DNA of 64,000 nucleotides from Planctomycetota bacterium (GTDB lineage Bacteria; Planctomycetota; Phycisphaerae; UBA1845): NCBI GenBank assembly GCA_024276605.1, contig JAJRWX010000020.1, positions 4,512 to 68,511 of the forward strand, read 5' to 3'. Shown piece by piece: positions 57,429 to 64,000 of this stretch (position 1 is its first letter; each line of letters starts with the position of its first letter). The notes under the pieces were generated by a model. It saw only the letters and a program-made list of their open reading frames with translations, ran no database searches and was not told where the DNA came from. The position numbers and the translations under genes were made by a program.

Positions 57429-58884
57429 TAATTCCGAATACCTCGCTAGCTTGCTTAGAGAGCTGTGCCAACTTCCCGGTGAGACTGAGTGGGTCGAGTT
57501 CAAACACGACAACCGCGATCCGCAGGAGATCGGAGAGTATATCTCGGCGTTGGCCAATTCCGCAGCAATGAAGAGCAAGACGAATGCGTACTTGGTATGG
57601 GGTGTCGAAAACGAGTCACACGCAGTTGTCGGGACAACGTTCAAGCTAGCCGAAGCAAAGAAGGGTAATGAAAACCTTGAGAACTGGTTACTTCGCTTGC
57701 TCAATCCCAGAATCCACATTCGCTTTGTCGAGTTCGATGTGGACGGCAAGCACATTTCAATGATCGAGATCCCCCGCGCTGCGCACCAACCGGTCCAGTT
57801 CCAAGGAATCGAGTACATCCGCGTTGGCTCGTACAAGAAGAAACTCAAGGATTATCCGGAGAGAGAGCGAGAGCTTTGGCATATCTTCGACATAACACCA
57901 TTCGAGCAACTCGTAGCGACAGAACGGGTCGAAGCCTCCGAAGTACTAAAGTTGCTGGACTACCCAGCCTACTTCAACCTTCTGGATATACCGCTCCCAG
58001 AAACGCGGGACGGAATACTCGAACGCCTTGAAGACGATCACATGATCGAGACCTGCGAGGGCGGAGGTTGGAACATTCTCAATTTGGGCGCTATCCTCTT
58101 CGCATCAGACCTTTCAAAGTTCCGGCACCTTGCGCGAAAGGCAGTGCGTGTCATCGAGTACGACGGGGAAGGACGCGTAATAACGAAACGAGAATATGAG
58201 GGACATAAGGGTTATGCGGCAGGATTCGAAGGCCTGATCGGCTTCCTTAAAGGCATACTCCCCGAGAACGAAGTCGTCGGCGAGGCAATCCGTAAAACTG
58301 TCCCAATGTACCCCGAACTCGCCATCCGCGAATTGGTTGCGAACGTCATTACCCATCAAGACTTCACAATGAGCGGAACCGGGCCAAAGGTTGAAGTTTT
58401 CAGTGGGCGACTAGAAATCACCAACCCGGGTGAGCCGTTGGTGGATCCCCGGCGTTTTTTGGGCACCCCACCTCTATCTCGTAACGAAGCGATGGCCTCA
58501 TTTCTGCGACGTATTGGCATTGGCGAAGAACGCGGTAGCGGCGTAGAAAAGGTCGTATCCCTGACCGAGTTCTACCAGTTGCCAGCCCCATTGTTCGAAG
58601 CGGTAGGAAGTCACACCCGAGCGGTATTGTTTGCCCACCGATCTTTCTCCGCGATGACCAAAGCAGACCGCACCCGTGCGTGTTACTTGCATGCATGCCT
58701 GCAATACGTCCAGCACAAGCAGATGACCAACCGCACCCTGCGTGAGCGATTCGGAATCCCAGAGAGTGGTGCTCCGAAAATATCGAATCTGATCCGTGAT
58801 GCGCTAGATGCCGGGGCGATCCGGCCAGCGGACCCTAGCAGCTTATCGAAAAGGCACGCGAGCTATGTACCATATTGGGCCTAG
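57385..58884 (+). CDS. AlbA_2 (Schlafen-core-like) plus HATPase_c_4 plus C-terminal wHTH protein
   Basis: GETEWVEFK and ISALANS are AlbA_2-like. ELAIRELVANVITHQDF...LEITNPG is HATPase_c_4-like. The track start is TTG 57385. ATG 57415 (MPSFDNSEYL...) is more likely. Confidence 0.8.
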   Translation: MVREVNSRWSMPSFDNSEYLASLLRELCQLPGETEWVEFKHDNRDPQEIGEYISALANSAAMKSKTNAYLVWGVENESHAVVGTTFKLAEAKKGNENLENWLLRLLNPRIHIRFVEFDVDGKHISMIEIPRAAHQPVQFQGIEYIRVGSYKKKLKDYPERERELWHIFDITPFEQLVATERVEASEVLKLLDYPAYFNLLDIPLPETRDGILERLEDDHMIETCEGGGWNILNLGAILFASDLSKFRHLARKAVRVIEYDGEGRVITKREYEGHKGYAAGFEGLIGFLKGILPENEVVGEAIRKTVPMYPELAIRELVANVITHQDFTMSGTGPKVEVFSGRLEITNPGEPLVDPRRFLGTPPLSRNEAMASFLRRIGIGEERGSGVEKVVSLTEFYQLPAPLFEAVGSHTRAVLFAHRSFSAMTKADRTRACYLHACLQYVQHKQMTNRTLRERFGIPESGAPKISNLIRDALDAGAIRPADPSSLSKRHASYVPYWA

Positions 58885-58911
58885 AATGCAGTCTATCACG
58901 ACCGCCGATCT

Positions 58912-59038
58912 TATTTACCGCTTATTTCAAACCGTTCAATACCAGCGGAGGGCTAGTAGCTATATATGCCCATTGGGAGACCCTATACCACAACATGTAG
59001 TATTTTGTGGTGCGAATCCTATTTACCGCTTATTTCAA
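58912..59038 (+). promoter_or_regulatory. Pair of identical 19-nt direct repeats TATTTACCGCTTATTTCAA (58912-58930 and 59020-59038) upstream of mod
   Basis: The exact match was read directly. The repeat starts are 108 nt apart. The second copy ends 30 nt before the mod ATG at 59069. Confidence 0.35.
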
Positions 59039-59068
59039 CTAATATGCCACGAGAGGCAGCAATAACAC

Positions 59069-59251
59069 ATGGCTAAGAAGACCACACGTAAGAAAAAGGT
59101 GAAGAAGAAGGCTGTGACTACGCTTACTCATGATGAGGCTAAGCGGACGAACATTCCCACGGCTGAGTTTCAGTCGGTCATGGCTAAGGACGACCAAAGC
59201 CCGATCCGCGTTGCCTACGAGCGCCGCAACCGCGACCTCGACCCACAATCG
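59069..59251 (+). pseudogene. mod: First ~60 codons of the Mod methyltransferase, out of frame with the body of the gene
   Basis: MAKKTTRKKKVKKKAVTTLTHDEAKRTNIPTAEFQSVMAKDDQSPIRVAYERRNRDLDPQ is in one frame. The colinear continuation (I)VWRGKDEQDWSDLVVQAPPLFIQEK is in the -1 frame. This is consistent with loss of 1 nt near 59246-59250. Confidence 0.65.
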
Positions 59252-59292
59252 TCTGGCGCGGCAAGGACGAGCAGGACTGGTCCGACCTCGTC

Positions 59293-62200
59293 GTGCAGGC
59301 CCCGCCGCTGTTCATTCAAGAGAAGGTGCATCCCAAGGTGCTAGTCGATGACCTACTGAAGCGAACGCACGACGACGAACGCCGCAAAGAAGAATCGCAG
59401 GCGCCGCTACTGTTCCAAGACCTCTACGCCGACTTCAACGGCCTACCAGACACCGACGCCAAGACCGAGTTCTATCAGCACGACGCCAACTGGACCAACC
59501 GCATGATCCTCGGCGACAGCCTACAAGTCATGGCCTCACTCGCCGAACGCGAAGGCCTTCGCGGTAAGGTGCAGTGCATCTACATCGACCCGCCATACGG
59601 CATTAAGTTTAACTCGAATTTTCAGTGGTCAACGACTAGCCGAGACGTAAAGGACGGCAATGTCGGTCACATCACGCGCGAGCCGGAACAGGTGAAGGCA
59701 TTTCGCGATACATGGCGGGATGGAATTCACTCATACTTAACGTATCTGCGAGACCGATTCACGGTTACGAGAGACTTGCTTACGGAAACCGGTTCTGTTT
59801 TCGTGCAGATTGGTGACGAGAATGTGCATCGAATCCGCGCGGTCTTGGACGAGGTATTTGGCGAAACAAATTTCATATCGGAGATTGCATTTAAGAAAAC
59901 AAGCGCGACGGCGTCCGATCAAATGGATGGCATTTTCGACATACTATTGTGGTACGCAAAAAACAAATCACAGCACAAATTTCGTCAATTGTATGAGGAA
60001 AAGGGCGCTGGTGGCTTCATTCCTTCTGCTTATAACCGTGCAATGAGCGATGACGGGCAGACACGATCTGCCACACGACAAGAACGCCAATCGGGGGCAG
60101 TAGATAGCGGTCAACTGTATTCACTCGACAACTTGACTAGCAGCAGACCAGCCGGTGAAGGTGATCTAACAAGATTCCTATTTCACGGACGCACATATAC
60201 GCCTGGGAAGGGCACTTTCAAAACTGATCAAAATGGTATGCAACGCTTAGGCTTAGCAAGCCGTCTTGAAGCAACAGCTCAACGCATTGGCTATATACGG
60301 TTTTTGCTTGATTTTCCTGCCGTGCCAACGGCGAACTTCTGGACTGATACAGTTTCTAGTTTTATGCCTGACAAAGTATATGTAGTTCAAACGGTTCGGA
60401 AAATCATTGAACGTTGTATTCTTATGTCGACTGACCCCGGTGACCTTGTGCTTGACCCAACGTGTGGCTCGGGTACCACAGCATATGTAGCTGAACAATG
60501 GGGCCGCCGCTGGATAACAATTGATACGTCGCGTGTCGCACTAGCGCTCGCCCGGGCACGAATCATGGGCGCTCGATACCCATACTACTTACTCTCTGAC
60601 AGCAAGGACGGTCAGTTCAAGGAAGCAGAGGTAACGCATTCCTCACCTTCCGAGACCCACACGCACGGTAACATCCGGCAGGGTTTCGTTTACGAGCGCG
60701 TGCCGCACATCACCCTGAAGTCGATCGCCAACAACGCCGAGATCGACGTGATATGGGAGCAGTACGAGCAGAAGCTCGCACCGCTCCGTGGTGAGTTGTC
60801 AGTGGCTAGTGGCTTGAAAAAGACGCTCGAAGAATGGGAAGTGCCAAGGGAGCGTACGAAGGACTGGCCACCAGCCACCCAGCCACTACTCACTGCTTTC
60901 TGGAAAACGAGAATCGCGAGACAGAAAGCCATCGACGCATCCATCGCAGCTAAGGCTGACTATGAATACCTCTACGACAAACCCTACGAGGATAAGAAAA
61001 AGGTGCGCGTCGCGGGGCCATTTACTGTCGAGAGCTTGTCACCTCACCGAGTGCTGACGGTCGATGCCGACGATGAATTAGTGGATAGTGGTGAGTGTTT
61101 AGTGGCTGGAGAAGACTCTAGCCACAAGTCACTGGCCACTAACGACTTCCCCGCCATGATACTGGAGAATCTTAAGACAGCCGGCGTACAGCAGGCACAC
61201 AAGGAGGACAAGATTACGTTCTCGTCGATCGCGCCTTGGCCGGGACGGTATATCTGTGCTGAAGGAAGGTATGAAGTGACGAGTGGTGAGTGGTTAGTGG
61301 CTAGTGGTGAGAAAAAGAAAACACAAGCCACTAGCCACAAACCACCATCCACCCTCCGCGCCGGCATATTCATCGGCCCGGAGTTTGGTACTGTAACTAG
61401 ACAAGACCTGGTGGTCGCGGCCCGGGAGGCTGGTGATGCTGATTTTGATTTGGTGATCGCCTGTGCGTTCAATTACGAGGCCCACGCGTCGGAGTTTACT
61501 AAGCTTGGCCGCATACCTGTACTCAAGGCTCGGATGAATGCTGACCTGCACATGGCTGACGATTTGAAGAACACCGGCAAGGGCAACCTGTTCGTCATCT
61601 TCGGTGAGCCGGATATTGAAGTGGTTAGTGGGGAGTGGTTAGTGGCTAGTAATGGGAGGATGGTTGCACATTATGGCAGCGTTAAAGAGCTATCGGGAGT
61701 TGACGGTCTGGCAGAAATCAATCAACTGGGTGGAGAAGATTTACGCGGCTTCCAAGAGCTTTCCGTCGGACGAACGGTTCGGGCTGACCAGTCAGATTCG
61801 GCGGGCGGCAGTGTCGGTTCCGTCCAACATCGCGGAGGGAGCGGCGCGGACGGGGACAGGGGAGTTTCTTCAGTTCCTGAGCGTGGCGAGCGGGTCGCTG
61901 GCCGAGGTGGAGACGCAGCTAATTCTGGCGCATCGCATGAAGATGCTCTCGGAAACCGAGCACGAGACGCTCATGCAGGAAGCGGACGAGCTGGGTCGAA
62001 TGCTAAGCGGGCTAAAACGCTCGCTGCGATCCAAACGCTGACGCCCGGTGATTTTCCGCTGAGTCTAACCACTAAACACTATTCACAAGTCACCATCCTC
62101 GGCGTAGACGTGTTCAAGCCGCAGACCGGCGAGGTCGAATCCAGCGAGCCAGACGACATAGCCTGCTGGTTCATTGACACCGACTACAACGAGGAGAGCT

Positions 62201-62409
62201 TCTTCGTCCGCCATGCCTATTTCCTAGGCGCGAACGACCCCTATAAATCGCTAAAAACAACGCTGAAAGCCGAGATAAACGAAGACGCCTGGGCCACATT
62301 AAACAGCGACACGTCGCGCCCGTTCGACAAACCCGAGTCCGGCCGCATCGCAGTAAAAGTAATTAACCACCTCGGGGATGAGGTGATGAAGGTTTTTCGG
62401 GTGGAGTAG
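59293..62409 (+). CDS. mod: Type III-like (beta-class N6A/N4C) DNA methyltransferase, Mod subunit, with three internal repeat insertions
   Basis: Motif IV IYIDPPYG precedes motif I VLDPTCGSGTTAYVAEQWGRRWITIDTS. The open frame extends upstream of the listed GTG start to about 59248. Confidence 0.85.
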   Translation: MQAPPLFIQEKVHPKVLVDDLLKRTHDDERRKEESQAPLLFQDLYADFNGLPDTDAKTEFYQHDANWTNRMILGDSLQVMASLAEREGLRGKVQCIYIDPPYGIKFNSNFQWSTTSRDVKDGNVGHITREPEQVKAFRDTWRDGIHSYLTYLRDRFTVTRDLLTETGSVFVQIGDENVHRIRAVLDEVFGETNFISEIAFKKTSATASDQMDGIFDILLWYAKNKSQHKFRQLYEEKGAGGFIPSAYNRAMSDDGQTRSATRQERQSGAVDSGQLYSLDNLTSSRPAGEGDLTRFLFHGRTYTPGKGTFKTDQNGMQRLGLASRLEATAQRIGYIRFLLDFPAVPTANFWTDTVSSFMPDKVYVVQTVRKIIERCILMSTDPGDLVLDPTCGSGTTAYVAEQWGRRWITIDTSRVALALARARIMGARYPYYLLSDSKDGQFKEAEVTHSSPSETHTHGNIRQGFVYERVPHITLKSIANNAEIDVIWEQYEQKLAPLRGELSVASGLKKTLEEWEVPRERTKDWPPATQPLLTAFWKTRIARQKAIDASIAAKADYEYLYDKPYEDKKKVRVAGPFTVESLSPHRVLTVDADDELVDSGECLVAGEDSSHKSLATNDFPAMILENLKTAGVQQAHKEDKITFSSIAPWPGRYICAEGRYEVTSGEWLVASGEKKKTQATSHKPPSTLRAGIFIGPEFGTVTRQDLVVAAREAGDADFDLVIACAFNYEAHASEFTKLGRIPVLKARMNADLHMADDLKNTGKGNLFVIFGEPDIEVVSGEWLVASNGRMVAHYGSVKELSGVDGLAEINQLGGEDLRGFQELSVGRTVRADQSDSAGGSVGSVQHRGGSGADGDRGVSSVPERGERVAGRGGDAANSGASHEDALGNRARDAHAGSGRAGSNAKRAKTLAAIQTLTPGDFPLSLTTKHYSQVTILGVDVFKPQTGEVESSEPDDIACWFIDTDYNEESFFVRHAYFLGANDPYKSLKTTLKAEINEDAWATLNSDTSRPFDKPESGRIAVKVINHLGDEVMKVFRVE
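61085..61143. repeat. Hairpin insertion E1 inside mod
   Basis: TTAGTGGC (61099-61106) pairs with GCCACTAA (61135-61142). The right arm contains CTAGCCACAAGTCAC. In the mod frame it translates as SGECLVAGEDSSHKSLATN. Confidence 0.6.
61285..61346. repeat. Hairpin insertion E2 inside mod
   Basis: AGTGGTTAGTGGCTAGTGG (61289-61307) pairs with CCACTAGCCACAAACCACC (61328-61346) at 17 of 19 positions, around a 20-nt A-rich loop. It translates as SGEWLVASGEKKKTQATSHKPP. Confidence 0.75.
61621..62092 (+). mobile_element. IVS-like cassette E3: the same repeat arms flanking a four-helix-bundle gene, inserted in frame in mod
   Basis: The left arm is GTGGTTAGTGGGGAGTGGTTAGTGGCTAGT (61621-61650). The right arm CTAACCACTAAACACTATTCACAAGTCACC (62065-62094) contains the complement of GGTTAGTGG. 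The mod frame stays open across the whole insert. Confidence 0.5.
61652..62041 (+). CDS. Four-helix-bundle protein (23S rRNA intervening-sequence protein family), nested in mod in a different frame
   Basis: KSYRELTVWQKSINWVEKIYAASKSFPSDERFGLTSQIRRAAVSVPSNIAEGAARTGTGEFLQFLSVASGSLAEVETQLILA matches the family signature as I remember it. The likely start is ATG 61673, with GGGAGGA at 61654-61660. Confidence 0.85.
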   Translation: MGGWLHIMAALKSYRELTVWQKSINWVEKIYAASKSFPSDERFGLTSQIRRAAVSVPSNIAEGAARTGTGEFLQFLSVASGSLAEVETQLILAHRMKMLSETEHETLMQEADELGRMLSGLKRSLRSKR

Positions 62410-62414
62410 AAGCT

Positions 62415-64000
62415 ATGACCGACTCGCGAGCGATAGAATCGAGCCCTAGGGGTACGACGGCAACGTTGACAAGCTTAGCGATGTTAAAAATCAACGTCGA
62501 CCAAGGACGGGATTACCTCGATTATCTCAATCCATTTGTTCTCCAGATCCTCGCGAGCGAGAAACCAAATCCAGTTACCGACCGTGTGATCTGTGACCAT
62601 CTTAGGACTACTTTCGGTCTTGAAATTCCATCGCGCGCGGTGCAGGTCGTACTAAAACGCTTGTCTCGGCTATACAAGTTGGAAAAGAGCGCAGGTGTTT
62701 ATCGTATCACGGAGGCCATACCCGACCCGGGTATTGCTATCGCACAGGCAGACGCTCACCGTCACATCAACTCCGTAGCATTTCACTTGCAGGAATTCTC
62801 CAAAGGAACGAATAGGGTGCTGAAAAGCCCCGAATCTGCCATCCACGCGATTTGCGAGTTCCTTGCTGAATTTGATATTTCATGTCTACGCGCATATGTG
62901 CGTGGAACCGTCATACCGCCTTTGTCAGGAACGATGGATAGTAGCAAGGTATTGGTAAGCCGTTACGTACTCCATCTTCAAGAAGCAAAACCTGAACGGT
63001 TCGACAGCTTCATGGTTATGGTACAAGGACACATGCTGGCGAACGCTTTGCTATGCCCGGATCTACAAGACGCTCCCAAGTCATACAAGCATATTACGTT
63101 TTTCCTCGATACACCCTTGCTTGTTCGCATGCTCGACCTCGAAGGTGAGCATCGGCGGGCTGCAATTGATAGCCTCATCGAACTGCTCCGTAGTCTTGGG
63201 GGAAGAATCGCCACGTTCGCACACTTGCAAGAGGAACTAGAACGAGTAGTCACAGGCGCTGCGAGTTTTGTCGAATCACCGGAGGGTCGCGGGTCGATAG
63301 TCTTTGAAGCCCAAAGGCGGGGGACTACGAAATCAGATCTACTACTCAAAGCGGGCCAAATTGACAAGTTCCTTCAAGATGCTGCAGTGAAGATACAAGA
63401 ATGCCCCCCTTACGCTCGCGATCTCCAGATCAATGAAGTAGCGTTCGATGAAGTACTTCAAGATGAGATCGATTACTTCAATCCGCGCGCGAGAGAATAC
63501 GACGTTAATTCATTGCGTTCTATTTACGTACTGCGAGGAAACTCATCGCCGACGTGTTTGGAGAAAGCAGGCGCAGTACTTGTTACCAGCAACGCTGCGT
63601 TCGCGCGGGCAGCATACAATTATGGAAAGCAGCATGAGCAAGCAAATGCAATCTCGGCGGTCATCACAGATTTCAGCTTGGCGAACATGGCGTGGCTAAA
63701 GGCACCTATCGGCGCTCCTTCGGTTCCACGAACTGAAGTCCTTGCATTTTCTTACGCTGCGGTTCAACCGTCTAGGGATTTTCTCACGAAGTACCTCAGG
63801 GAAATCGAGAAGCTTGAACACCATGGGAAGATCAGCAAATCCGATCATCAACTACTCCGAAGCAGCACGTTGGCGCAGGATGAGATGATGGAGCTGACTC
63901 TCGGGAGTGAGGAGGCTTTAACTGAGGAAACAGTTACGGAAACCTTGCGACGAGTCTCAGACGAAATAAAGGAGCCGGTAAACGCTGATCTTGCAGCGGA
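62415..64000 (+). CDS. Uncharacterised protein of more than 528 aa, open to the right edge (N-terminal wHTH-like segment, possible PIN-like core)
   Basis: Not in the ORF track because it has no stop in the window. I translated 62415-64000 codon by codon and found no stop. The ATG lies 5 nt after the mod stop. It starts MTDSRAIESSPRGTTATLTSLAMLKINVDQGRDYLDYLNPFV... Confidence 0.75.
   Translation, partial: MTDSRAIESSPRGTTATLTSLAMLKINVDQGRDYLDYLNPFVLQILASEKPNPVTDRVICDHLRTTFGLEIPSRAVQVVLKRLSRLYKLEKSAGVYRITEAIPDPGIAIAQADAHRHINSVAFHLQEFSKGTNRVLKSPESAIHAICEFLAEFDISCLRAYVRGTVIPPLSGTMDSSKVLVSRYVLHLQEAKPERFDSFMVMVQGHMLANALLCPDLQDAPKSYKHITFFLDTPLLVRMLDLEGEHRRAAIDSLIELLRSLGGRIATFAHLQEELERVVTGAASFVESPEGRGSIVFEAQRRGTTKSDLLLKAGQIDKFLQDAAVKIQECPPYARDLQINEVAFDEVLQDEIDYFNPRAREYDVNSLRSIYVLRGNSSPTCLEKAGAVLVTSNAAFARAAYNYGKQHEQANAISAVITDFSLANMAWLKAPIGAPSVPRTEVLAFSYAAVQPSRDFLTKYLREIEKLEHHGKISKSDHQLLRSSTLAQDEMMELTLGSEEALTEETVTETLRRVSDEIKEPVNADLAA

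Noticed and set aside
57327-57848. 173-aa minus-strand ORF, and 56482..56976 (164 aa)
   Set aside because: Both are antisense to the res and AlbA_2 genes, which have strong motif support on the plus strand.
59240-59255. Programmed -1 ribosomal frameshift in mod
   Set aside because: There is no slippery heptamer and no obvious downstream stimulatory structure at the junction. A simple 1-nt deletion or a sequencing error is more parsimonious.
59130-59351. 73-aa ORF in the third frame at the mod 5' end
   Set aside because: The other two frames together reproduce a colinear methyltransferase N-terminus. This frame gives an Arg/Ala-rich sequence with no support.
61652-62041. The nested four-helix-bundle protein as the Avd component of a diversity-generating retroelement
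   Set aside because: No reverse transcriptase gene and no template/variable repeat pair are visible anywhere in the window. Family membership alone is not evidence for a DGR.
62978-63367. 129-aa minus-strand ORF from the track
   Set aside because: It is antisense to the much longer uninterrupted plus-strand ORF starting at 62415. Its translation is Ser/Arg-rich and low in complexity.

Overview
This is a 64-kb bacterial window. Its gene content suggests a Planctomycetota/PVC-like organism, by inference only: an ECF sigma factor paired with a TPR Ser/Thr kinase, giant dockerin-bearing secreted proteins, and IPTL-CTERM-type C-terminal anchors.

Content in order:
- 0.2-3.6 kb: ychF and a 737-aa Gre-domain protein.
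- 4.15-12.9 kb: a translationally coupled minus-strand glycan operon, wzm-wzt-GT4-GT4-GT2-MT-MT-GT4. The GT2 carries an in-frame TAA.
- 13.1-19.3 kb: gpsA, an SH3 protein, and pabB-pabC-NIF3.
- 19.3-32.8 kb: a second glycan locus with a heparinase II/III-like protein, two Wzx-like flippases, a Wzy-like membrane protein, a GT4, a sulfotransferase and a bi-domain oxidoreductase.
- 32.9-33.55 kb: a REP/BIME-like cluster of hairpin units inside a duplicated ~180-bp segment.
- 33.6-36.7 kb: Ser/Thr kinase plus ECF sigma factor.
- 36.7-37.6 kb: an ~830-bp ORF-free gap holding a 3' fragment of tRNA-Gly(GCC).
- 37.6-52.7 kb: a six-gene minus-strand operon of secreted/surface proteins. It includes a 1963-aa protein with 26 vicinal Cys-Cys pairs, mostly in heptad spacing.
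- 54.2 kb to the right edge: a Type III-like restriction-modification island. It contains res, a micro-ORF, an AlbA_2/HATPase_c_4 protein, mod, and an ORF absent from the supplied track that runs off the window.

The mod gene is the most unusual object. It has an N-terminal frameshift and three frame-preserving insertions of one hairpin repeat family. The largest insertion carries a complete four-helix-bundle gene (23S rRNA IVS-protein family) nested in another reading frame.

All functional calls come from motif recognition by eye and from memory of protein families. No searches were run.
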